A stretch of DNA of 64,000 bases from Macrostomum lignano (Eukaryota): NCBI GenBank assembly GCA_002269645.1, contig NIVC01001790.1, forward strand, positions 37,611-101,610, read 5' to 3'. The translations under genes and the position numbers were made by a program. This document shows, piece after piece, positions 11,075-21,662 of the stretch (position 1 is the first letter of the stretch; each line of letters opens with the position of its first letter). A model generated the notes under the pieces. It had not been told where the DNA came from and ran no database searches. It saw only the letters and a program-made list of their open reading frames with translations.

Positions 11075-13199
11075 TTTTTTGGAAGGTCGCCCACCGTCTC
11101 CAGGGTGACGGCGAACGCCCCATCAGCAGACTGTCGCTCCAGGCTGATCTGGTCCCGTCGGAATGTCAGGACCTTGGTGTCCAGCGAGATCAGGCTGACA
11201 GATCGGTAGCTGCTCAGGAGCTGGTTCGTCTTGCGACAGTTACTCTTCTGGAGCGCCGGCGCATCGGGGGGCACACGGTCTGCACCACCCAGATTGACGC
11301 GCCGGGGAAAGCCTTCCTGATGTTGGTCAGGCTCATCTTCCAGAGCTTGGCGATGGAGAAGTCGAAGCTCTCACGGTGGAGGTCGTTGTTGCCGGCCCAG
11401 ACGATGACGCGGCCCGTGTCGGGACTCGCATTCTCCACCTTGCTGATGTTCTTCAGGTAGTCCAGCGTGAGGCCCGGGAAGCAGTGCACCTCTAGGTCTG
11501 GCGAGGCCAGCTTCACGAATTCCACGTTCTGGTCAGCGATCACCAGAGTGGGCTTCTGCTTTGACCTCAGCTTCCAGTGCTTCTTGGCTCCGTGGTGGTA
11601 GATGACTTTGTTCTCCCGTAAGCTTCTGGCAGTCTTCGACGGTTGCATGAGGCTCCCGGAATCCGGAGAAGCAGATGGGGGCCTCTTCCTGGTGGCCGCC
11701 GGGGTTCCAGAGTCAGCGGCATCTTCGCTTGTCCGGGCGGTGACAGTCTCTGGGACACCAGTAGACGTAGTCATGGGGAGGGATACCTCCCTGTTTGTCG
11801 GAGTCTCAATTGAGGCACAGTCCTGTGCGGATGGCGCCGTAGAGTTCTCTTCATAAGCCGTCGAAGCTGACGAGGCCGCCGATGAAGCCGCCGGTACAGT
11901 CGCCGCCGATGAAACCGCCGGCGCAGTCGCCGACGAGGCCGCCGACGAAGCCGCCGATGAAGCCGCCGGCGCGGTCGCCGACGAGGCCGCCGACGAAGCC
12001 GCCGATGAAGCCGCCGGCGCGGTCGCCGACGAGGCCGCCGACGAGGCCGCCGACGAAGCCGCCGATGAAGCCGCCGGCGCGGTCGCCGACGAGGCCGCCG
12101 ACGAAGCCGCCGATGAAGCCGCCGGCGCGGTCGCCGACGAGGCCGCCGACGAAGCCGCCGATGAAGCCGCCGGCGTGGTCGCCGACGAGGCCGCCGACGA
12201 AGCCGCCGATGAAGCCGCCGGCGCGGTCGCCGACGAGGCCGCCAACGAAGCCGCCGATGAAGCCGCCAGCGCGGTCGCCGACGAGGCCGCCGACGAAGCC
12301 ACCGATGAAGCCGCCGGCGCGGTCGCCGACGAAGCCGCCGATGAAGCCGACGAGCCCGCCGACGAAGCCACCGATGAAGCCGCCGGCGCAGTCACCGCCG
12401 ATGAAGCCGCCGGCGCGGTCGCCGACGAAGCCGCCGATGAAGCCGCCGGCGCGGTCGCCGACGAGGCCGCCGTTGAGGCCGCTGGCGCGTTAGCTCCAGT
12501 CACGAAGGTGGACATGAGCTCCTCCGACGCCTCCTCGATGATGGAAGCCAATGAACTGGACGTAGGTGGGGCAGCGGTCGAAGCTTGGGAATGCGTCGTG
12601 GCCTGGAGCTGCGTATCCGGTTCACTCAAACAGCCAGCCAGTGCCTTGAACCCATGGGTGTGCAGGCGCTCCATCACACCGTCAAGGATGCGGGGACTCC
12701 AGGCTCTGCCAATCTTGTTGGCGGCCCACCGGATGCCTATGAGCCAGCCGGTCTTGAATTCATCCACCGGGCCAGATAGTCGAAGCTGCTCCAACTTCTC
12801 GGCCACCGCTGCGAACTGCGTGCCGTAATGCGTCCTCATGTCCGCCGTTGTGTGCACCAGCCACTGTAGGGCGTTGGATTCAAAGCGCTGGTGAGTCTCC
12901 TTGCTCTGGAACGCTGGACAGAGGAATAAGGTCAGGCTATCTGCCTTCCTTCGGACTGTCACTGGAGCTGCCGGGCGAGACCAGTTCTGCAGATGGTGGT
13001 GGATCCTGCACAGTCCCTTGCACGCTGCCGCGACTTGGTTGCTAAAGGGCTGTTGCTGTGGTCTTGGCGGGGGCAGAGTGGCAGGCTGTCTGGGCCTTTC
13101 AGGTCGTTCACTGTTTCTCTGAGGTTCAGCTTGACGTCCAATGCGTCTCCGACTGTTGAACCACTGACGTTGCTGACGGAAGTTAGTTGCTGAGCTCAT
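11071..13199 (-). CDS. PLE ORF1: N-terminal helical domain, Ala/Ser tandem linker and SGNH-hydrolase-like domain (one apparent 1-nt deletion at ~11270)
   Basis: ATG at 13199 (MSSATNF). SGNH-like blocks LVIADQN, VHCFPG and VIVWAGNND. Continues into ORF 11071..11274 if one C is restored in the C6 run at 11266-11271. Ends ...DLPKN-TGA. Confidence 0.7.
11870..12485 (-). repeat. In-frame coding tandem repeat (mostly 36-48 nt units, SSAASSATAPAA) inside PLE ORF1
   Basis: GCCGCCGACGAAGCCGCCGATGAAGCCGCCGGCGCGGTC-type units, all multiples of 3. Confidence 0.9.
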
Positions 13200-13230
13200 G
13201 TCGTCCAAATGAATTACCGGTGCTGGCCAA

Positions 13231-13560
13231 AGAGAGAGGGAGAGAGAGAGAGAGAGGAGGGCGCCTCCAATCTCAGGCACGGACGCGGTACATGTAAAAA
13301 GGACAAACAAGTCAAGATGATTTAAGTTGCCGATATTTCGAATTAGGTAAATTCTTCGTCAGGGCAAATGAAAAGTAGCGACAAGTGGTGTTGTAAAAGT
13401 TATTAAATAGGCGGGTTAGAGGGGAGAGAGAGTAGGCAGGTAGATAGAGAGCGTACGGTATGTACACTTGGTGTGAGTCGATAAAACACTATTAGAGTTG
13501 AAAATGCAAAATAAAAAACAGTGCACAAATAAAGTGAACCGCACGTGGGCTGCAGCGATC
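13231..13560 (-). repeat. PLE 5' terminal direct repeat (pLTR)
   Basis: Copy of 8087-8416, located immediately upstream of the ORF1 ATG. Confidence 0.9.
13327..13367 (-). ncRNA. Minimal type I hammerhead ribozyme in the 5' pLTR
   Basis: Identical to the 8183-8223 motif. Predicted cleavage between 13332 and 13331. Confidence 0.85.
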
Positions 13561-13949
13561 AACCTCCGCTAATTCTCAAGATATGGCCACAATAGCTAAA
13601 GATAAAATAAGTAACTCAAGAAGCCATTTTGGTTGTCCTAACAACAACTGAAATTAATCAACTGAGCACAGCCTTTTGTTCCATTTTGTAATAAATATTA
13701 TAAAAAAAGATGCACAAATACCGTAGTTATATCAGTGGTAATTAAAGCGATTTTTTCAAAGTTTCTCTGGTAAAAATTACAACTTTATAGGAAATAACTC
13801 ACTCCTAGATTTTAGGCAATTTAACTGAGGAGTGTAGTTTTTTAGGAGTGCGTCGCCACCTCAAAGGGATTATGGATAGAGCGTACTTTTAAAAATCAAC
13901 AGCTTTGTATAGACTAACGTTTTCGTACTGTAGTGATTAATCAAAGTTC

Positions 13950-13955
13950 TTTATT
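13950..13955 (-). terminator. Candidate AATAAA polyadenylation signal of the AOX/XDH gene
   Basis: AATAAA on the minus strand ~175 nt downstream of the stop codon at 14129. Confidence 0.4.
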
Positions 13956-14128
13956 GAAGGTATACACTACGAAGCGCCATAAGAATTAGGCTTTAAAGAG
14001 TTTCTAAAAATGTTCTGAGGATTAATCTACTAACTAATTGGATTAAATATTCTAGAGCCACATTGTAAGAGCATTTAGAATCGTGTTTAACTGTTTCATC
14101 CGAGCGTGAAAAGCTCTGAGCGGTTTCA

Positions 14129-17100
14129 TTACTCGACGGTATCGAACTTCCTGTCCTTGGCGCCGACCTCGCACAGCTGGAGCACCCGGGCCGGCGTCAG
14201 CGGCAGCTCGAACGTCAGGTTCACGTCCGGCTTTCCCTGCTGCTTCCGGAAGGCCTCAATCGCTCTCTTGATGGCGGTGACGCAGGTGGCCGCCAGACCG
14301 AACGGCGGCTCCCCGATCGCCTTGGTGCTGAACACGCTGTCGGTGTCTCCCGGCTTCTTCATTAGGCGGACGCGAAAGTCGCGCGGCACGTCGGCAGCCT
14401 GCGGCGGCTTATAGTTCCAGGTACCGTCGGCCAGGTTTCGCCCGGTGTCGGAGTCGTACACGGTTCTCTCGGTCAGGTAGTAACCCATGCCGAACACGTA
14501 GGCGCCCTCGATCTGGCCAATGTCCACGCCAGGGTTGAGGCTCTTGCCGATGTCCATCATGATGTCCGAGCGCAGGACGACGTACTCGCCAGTGAGGATG
14601 TCCACCTCCACCTCGGCCGCACCTACTCCAGTGCTGACGTATCTAGCGTGCTGGCCCTCCTGATTCTTGCTCCTGTAACTGGAATAGATTGACGATAAGC
14701 GATATTGTAGAGGCGTGAAGATGCGATGTCTGATGGCTAACTATATTAATGCACATTGCAGAACCAATCAAGGTCAGCCAAAAAAATTATCCCGAGATAC
14801 TTACGTTCCAAACGCCTTTAAAAGTACGCCAGACATGATGGCGGTCACCACCAACTCATTCCAACCAGCTTCCGGTTTTGTCTCCTTGACCGGCAACAGG
14901 CGCTCCTTAATTTGATCAGCCGCCACTTTGGCAGCCATGGCGTTGAGCTCGCTGGTAGCGCTGCCACCAGTGATGTCCATCTGTGGCAACATCATAGTGT
15001 CGGTCGGTTTGGCCTTCACCATGTCGAGTGTGGCGCCAAACTCGGCCAGCTGAGCGACAACCGCTTGAGCAACCTTAGTAGTCAGTCCCTGACCCATTTC
15101 GTGCCCGCTATGCACAATGGAGATGCTGCCGTCCATGTGCACCGTCAGGTCAACTTCTGAAACACCGAACCTGTCGTAGCCAATGTGGTACGAAATGCCA
15201 GAAATGTCCAGTCCTCGCTTTTTGTACTTGTTCTCCTGAAAGTTTGTTCATTCAATTGTTGTTTACTACTCATATTTTGCAAAATACTTTCGAAGTCATA
15301 CAGTAACTATTGGTGGTTTACGTCTACCTTATTAAACTTTTCGATGGCGTTCCTTCGTTCCTCAATATTGGCTTCGGCGTAGAGTTCGTCCCACATTTTC
15401 GGCAGGTTGTCGTTGACTCGCTTTACTCCATGCTGGTCAACCTTCCAGATTTTAAAAATTACAGACAATTTTTTAAATTATGGATGCTTTCAGACACGAA
15501 ATTTCTATTTGGTAGTAATTTACTCATCACCAGTTTACTCACCTGCCCAGCTTGGTACAGGTTGCGTCGCTTAAACTCAATGGGATCCATTTTAAGGCCA
15601 TGCGCCATGTGATCCATCATGAGCAAATTGATAATCGTGGCTGGAGCGGATCCAGGCGAGCGAACGGCAGTGGCGCCGGGCTTGTTCGTTCGAACGTACA
15701 TCAGATCAGTCTTGAACGTCGGCACATAGTAGCCTTGGTCCAGGCCGGAGTTGATTTCTGGGCCAATCATCGCGATAAAGTTGCAGGAGACTCCGGCGTC
15801 AACTGCATTGTTCCAGTGAACGCTCATGAGTTGACCATCGGATGTAGCGCCGGCCTTGTACTTGGCTAGCACGGTTGGACGTTTCTGCTCAAACTGGGCA
15901 AGGGTGTCCAGCCTCATGAACATGGTGCATGGACGATGCTTCAGCTCGCATGCGATAGCACACACCGAGGCCACGTGGTCGACCTTAAAATTTTCGGTTG
16001 AGATAAACGAGTGTATATCTAAAATGCGTCTGAGAATGAAGCTTAACTCGAAGAATCTTGTTCATTTGCTTACTTACCATTATTAACTTTCCACCGAAAC
16101 CTCCTCCAAGGCGAGGGCAAACCGCTCGGAAGTGCGATCTGGGCCTGCGCATCACTTTAGCAAGCACGGTGGTCAGGCCTTCGACCCACTGGTGCGGCGC
16201 GTGTACTAAAAAGCCTTCCTCCGTCTGGCGAACGCTAGCAGTGATTGACTCCATGAAGAAGTGCAGCTGCTCACCAGCCAGCACCTCTCCTTCAACCTGC
16301 ACCGCCTGCTTCGCCATCGCAGCGTCTGGGTCCTCCGTCGATTTCTTCTGGGCGTCCTGGAAGTAAATCGACTTCTTAGCCAGAGCCTCCGAGATATGCA
16401 CGATTGGCTCGTCGCCGGCCTCGAATAGAACCTCGACCAGGCTGGCGGCTCGGTCGGCGGCCCATTGTGTGTTAGCCATGGCGGCCGCCACCGGCTGACC
16501 GGCGAAACCAACAACATTCGATGGGAAGATCTCGTCCGTTTGCCTGTTGAAGTCCGGAAGTAAAATAAATAATTAAGCCTTTAAAGTATCAATATAGATG
16601 TGCTAGAGACTGCGGAAAAATCTAAATCATACTCACGCTTCAGCCGGGAAGATAGGCAGGTCGTAGTTGTTTGTATATTTGCCTTCAAGATCTTTCAAAG
16701 TCAGAAGACCTTCGAAGCCTGGCACTTTCTGAAAGACAGAATCCAGGACATAAAGTTAAAAGGATATCGAAGAAGAAACGATCGTTTATTATCAGATCAT
16801 TTCATATCATATCAGATCATATCAGATCAGAATCATAGCATTTATTTGGGATACCTCGGCTTCTTCGGTGTCAAATCCTGTGACCTTGATGGCGGCCTCG
16901 GGAGCACGGACAAAAGCTAAAAATAGCTCATTCGCGTGAGCTGGGTAGTCGTTCACGTAGGTGGCCTCGCCGGATGTCTGCGCCTTGGACTCGAGCTTCC
17001 TGACCGATTGGCCCAGCGGTGCCGGCTGAAGCTCTTCTACAAAGTCCTGCTCGCCTCGCTGGAGAGGTCGGGTGAGGACGGGACCGCCCGAGCGAGCGGC

Positions 17101-19268
17101 GCCTTCGACAGCGTCGCTGCCTATGTCCAAGATGGTCTTGTAGAGAAGGTTCACGGCCAGCTGTCGACGGTGCTCGGGTGAGGAGGCGGTGGCTTCCTCG
17201 ACCGGCACCACCTCCGACTCGAGCACCTTCAGCGCGGCTGAAAGTTTTTGCGTATGGGTTAAGCAATTGTGATTCTCATGTCTGATAATATTTTAACAAC
17301 AAAACCTTTCGTTTAAAACTCACATTCGACAACCTCTTCATCCAGAAGGCTCTTGTTCAGCAGAAAGTTTTCTGTCTTCGTGGCTCGATTCTACAACAGA
17401 CAAGGTTACATGTCAACTATTGCAATACTTTGTTGCTTCTGTTTCGCTACTATAAGTTTAGAATCAGCTGCAGTGCTTACAAATTTGTCAGAAATTCCAC
17501 CAATAACAATGGTTGGACGCTCAAGCACAGTGTAGTCCTTTTTCTTGTCAACAGCAAGCTCAAAGGCTCCGTTGACGTAGGCATGAGCGTTCTGCAAGAG
17601 AAACATGTGGGTATTTCAGTGTAGTAAAGTATTATTGGTACGCATGCTGTTCCGTCAAAAATACATGATTGACTTTTAGCTCACGAGCTGACGCGGCGTG
17701 ATCTTGAACGACCTGTAGAAGTGCTGGTCTGTCGAGATCGCCGGCAGCTTGGCCGACACGATCACCTTCCCGCGCATGTCCATCCTCAGAAAGTCAGTCA
17801 GCACGTGATCCTGAGTACCCTGCTCATCCGCCACCTTGATCACGGTCTTTGCCGCCTCCAGTGTGATGAACACGTCCGACGGAAAGTCCTGGTGTCGGTG
17901 CTTCATCATGAGGTTTCCGGCCCACGACGCGTTCGCGCGAACGGCCTGATTGGCTACCTGCTGGTAGTGGTCGCTGATTCTGTCGAGGTGAGCCAAACCG
18001 GGCACCTTCTCGGCGGCCTCCTTGAATATTTCAATAAGCTCGCGAAGAGTGACGGTAGAACCGATCTCCAGACCCGACTTGCTCAGCTGAAATCAACGCG
18101 AAGTGTTACTTAGCTTGGACTACGAGCGTACAATCCATCTGATAAATTCTTGCTGTAACATCTACCACTCACCCTGATGTTGTGCAGCTCTGGAACGTTG
18201 CGAACGTTGATGTAGCAGTTGACGAGCACGTCTTCCTTGAACACTCCGGCAGAAGTGTTTCCGCACACGAGCTGGTACTCATCGTCCTTGTACCGCTTGA
18301 GCAGCTTGAGCAGTTGGTCCAAGCTTCCAGGATTGTAGAAGCGCTGTCCCTTCCAGCCGCGAGCGATCGGAATCACACCGGATGTAGGTGGCTTCGCGAT
18401 GCCTTCAGCGCACAGGCTCTTGTTCATTTCCTGAGCAATGGAGTTGATGTTGTGTTTTGAAGGGGATGTTGAAAGGGACTAATGATTGTGCGCCCGACAA
18501 CATGCATGTAGGTGTAAACCTCAGACTCACCTCGATGTCGACGCAAGCGCCGTTGTTCGAGTCGCACGCAAACGACTTCATGCCGTCAAGAATGGACCGA
18601 TAGCCGGTGCAGCGGCAAATGTTTCCATCAAAGAAGTGCTCGACCTGCTGCATCGTCGGCTTCGGGTTCTCCTGCAGCTGGCTGTACATGCTCATGACGA
18701 ATCCGGGAGAGCAGAAGCCGCATTGGGTGCCATAGTGCTCAGCGAGTCTCTCCTGGATCGGGTGGTACGGCTTGCCGCTGCCTCCGATGCCCTCGATGGT
18801 GGTGACGTGCCAGCCTACTGCCGAGTACACCGGACACAAGCACTGCAACCGATCACACGAGTCGCGTCATGACATCGGAGCTGACGTATTGAATTGCATC
18901 CTTATAAGTAGGTCGTAATCACGAAGCAAATGGAGACTCACCGAGTTGACAGGCACTGACACGACCTCTTCTGTAGCCGGGTGCTTGTAGGTGGCCGTGA
19001 CAACGCAGCATCCGCATCCGCCTTCCCTGCACAGCACTTTCGTGCCCTTCAGATTGAGCACATCGCGAAGGAAATCGTTGAGACTGGTCTCAGGGTTGCA
19101 GTCCTTGGGAACTAAATCACAGATAGTTTCGGATCAACGTATCTTATCAATTTTCAGCATTAAAAAGCTTTGTGAGAAAATCGTTAAGTTAAACTTACTC
19201 TCCAAAGGATTGCCATTCACGTAGATAACCGGATCTCCGCTGAACGTATTGATGCCACCAGAATACAT
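14129..19268 (-). CDS. XDH/AOX: Molybdo-flavoenzyme of the xanthine dehydrogenase/aldehyde oxidase family (aldehyde-oxidase-like), 14 exons, ~1288 aa
   Basis: Exons 19268-19199, 19111-18942, 18842-18531, 18430-18173, 18086-17685, 17591-17481, 17390-17324, 17237-16855, 16728-16637, 16543-16078, 15983-15543, 15441-15328, 15235-14805 and 14678-14129 sum to 3867 nt in frame. 2Fe-2S motifs CREGGCGCC, QCGFCSPG and ICRCTGY. FAD region. Moco motifs RLGGGFGGK, GHEMGQG, GQIEGA and KAIGEPP. Confidence 0.95.
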
Positions 19269-19601
19269 CGCGACTTGCACTCGCTGGTTTTAAGTCCTAA
19301 CAGTATCGGATCAAACCTGGCGCACACAGGTTAAAGTCTCTTGCCAACGGTTTGCGTTGAGTATTTATTCAGACCCCTCTCTGCCAGAAAATTGGAACGA
19401 AAAACCCTTCAAAATAGGTCTGGCTTCAACTCGGCCCAGGGTTCAATGGTTGCTATACAAACTCTTCACCCACAATACAGAGGCTCTTCTTTAGCTTAGA
19501 AACTGTGCGCAGTCAGTTGTTTGTTGTGTCAAATTTGTTGCAGATTGCTTGTCAAACTGCGCGTGTGAGAAGCCTCTCAGTAGCTTTAAGAGCAGATAGT
19601 T

Positions 19602-19602
<1 letters not shown>

Positions 19603-19670
<68 letters not shown>
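19603..19670. repeat. (GA)n microsatellite
   Basis: Pure AG dinucleotide run upstream of AOX/XDH. Confidence 0.95.
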
Positions 19671-19674
<4 letters not shown>

Positions 19675-20849
19675 AAGAAAGAAACAGAGATAAAAAGAAG
19701 GAGAGAAGAGAGGAGATTAGATATAGCTATGCTAGACAATATAGAGACGCCATATGCAATGGCACCACAGGCAGTCAGGCAGTGTTTCACGCGTGGCTCA
19801 AAGCATATTGCAACAGAATTGTGTCTAAACTCCACTATTCAATAATAGCTACTCATTTTAAACATTGGAGTGTCGTTTAAGTACAATTTTAGCTTGCTTA
19901 TTTGTCACAATAAGCAGCGTCCAACGTACAAAAACTCGTGATGCACTGTCAAATATTCTGCAAGAAATGACCTTCCTTGACAGAAAAAATGCATTTTAGA
20001 TAGATCGATGTGCTCAGTCTACGTTCGTTGCTTTATAGTTAATTTTACATTGCATCAAATCGTCGTACGTTGGGTTACGGGTCAACGGACGAGCATGCCC
20101 ACTATGGTTTACACGTAAATGTTATCGCGGTACCAGAATGAACCTTTTTCAACTAAAAAGTACGGTAAAACAAAAAACGTTGCTAATTCGTTGATTTCAT
20201 TCAAGCACAACCATGAGATAAAGTCGCTTTAAAAATATTATCAGAGTCAACATGTACCCCTTTTGCTGTGCGTACAATCTTTTAAAGCGATCTTAAGTGA
20301 CCGATTTGAGTCAGCATTCAATTAAAGCAGTGGCATGATATTAGTCTGATCTTTGCTTAATAAATCTTTAAAAAACCTCCTACCTATAAAGATGTTTTGT
20401 CAAAAAAGAATGATTTTTTGTAATTTTTGCAACTGAAACGCTTTCTATGCTACTTACATTTTCGCAAAAAAGATTTCCTATAAAATTATTTCTTTATTAG
20501 TTTCGTCAATGCTGCAGCCTGTCAAATGCAACAAATTCCAGCCTTTTTGCACTTTTACGTACCCTTCCAGCCACAGAACTTACAACTAGAGCCACGCCCA
20601 CAGTTCTGTGCTTCCAGCCATCAAAATGGAAATTCAATGCGTTTGTAGTAATCGATACATATCGGCACCAATAATAGTCTCCTTATTAGCTTCTTTTGCT
20701 TAGTACATTTTTTAATTTTGAAATGGTGTAGAATAAACTATTTTCAATTTTTAATGCTTAACTATTTAATCTTTCTGACTTTCTTTTAATCTTCTGACAA
20801 AGATGAAATCCACTGCGATGCCATGCAAAAATTGGAAGTAAAAAAGTTT

Positions 20850-20921
20850 GGGCTCAGCAGGGATTTGAACCCGGGACCACTCGCACCCTAAGCGAGTATC
20901 ATACCCCTAGACCACTGAGCC
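20850..20921 (-). tRNA. tRNA-Pro, anticodon AGG
   Basis: GGCTCAGTGGTCTAGGGGTATGATACTCGCTTAGGGTGCGAGTGGTCCCGGGTTCAAATCCCTGCTGAGCCC. 7-bp acceptor stem, A and B boxes, and a downstream T5 Pol III terminator. One C-U mismatch in the T stem. Confidence 0.92.
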
Positions 20922-21662
20922 ACTATCCAATCGATGCCAAATCATGACATCATAACAGTCCACGCAATGGTCCTTTGCGTATTAGTCGTAGAATATAACT
21001 ACTTCAAAAATTTGAGTTAACAAGGCGCCTTGTTTTTTCGAAAGATAAAGAAGTTAGAAACGGGCCAAAAAAGCATATACAATTAGTAGTACATGGTTGG
21101 TATAATATAAGGGTAAAATAATATTTGGACGGATAGGATTCTTTTAAAAGCGAAAGATTATTACTATATAGCTGTCAAAATCTTTAGATAAGTTTTTTGT
21201 AAATGGAAATATATAGGCGTCCGTGCAATATATAGTTCCCGATAGACGCAAAAATATTAGGTTTGAATTTTAAAATGTTTGTTTTAGTGCCATTTCTGTG
21301 ATTAAATTACGTAGCAAGATAAAAGACTTCTAAGCTAAGCCGTAATATAACAAAGAAGATAAGCAATTAAATTCGTGTTTAAAAAACTCAAAATCATCAA
21401 AAACCGCAAAGTAAGCCAAAAAATATTAATCGGTTTTTGTTGCAATGGGGGAACTAACCGGAGCTAATTGTGAAGGTTAGTTATGCTTATTGAAAAAAGA
21501 ACATGGACATTGCTGTGGTTCATTAACATACTGCACATATCAATAGCGTTGATTAAATTAATGTTAGCATTTAAAGTAATATAGAATTTTACCATTCAAC
21601 AGATAAAAAAACAATGGTTATATTTAGTTATTTTAAAGAGAAAAAATCAAGTTTATCTTTTG

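Larger units (their letters stand above)
8087..13560 (-). mobile_element. Penelope-like retroelement (GIY-YIG-containing, Neptune-like linker), near full length with terminal direct repeats
   Basis: RT with TNLSSRAL...LLERGQSFV, PGRPIVS, MDVASLYTNI, QVKGTAMG and RYIDD. Cys linker PCNPTRLCRCC. GIY-YIG endonuclease AVYAVFC...IYVGET...R...HEAKLI...GVNE. 330-bp direct repeats at 8087-8416 and 13231-13560. Confidence 0.95.

Noticed and set aside
11882-12828. Plus-strand Pro-rich and Ala/Asp/Glu-rich ORFs
   Set aside because: Antisense shadows of the GC-rich repeat within PLE ORF1.
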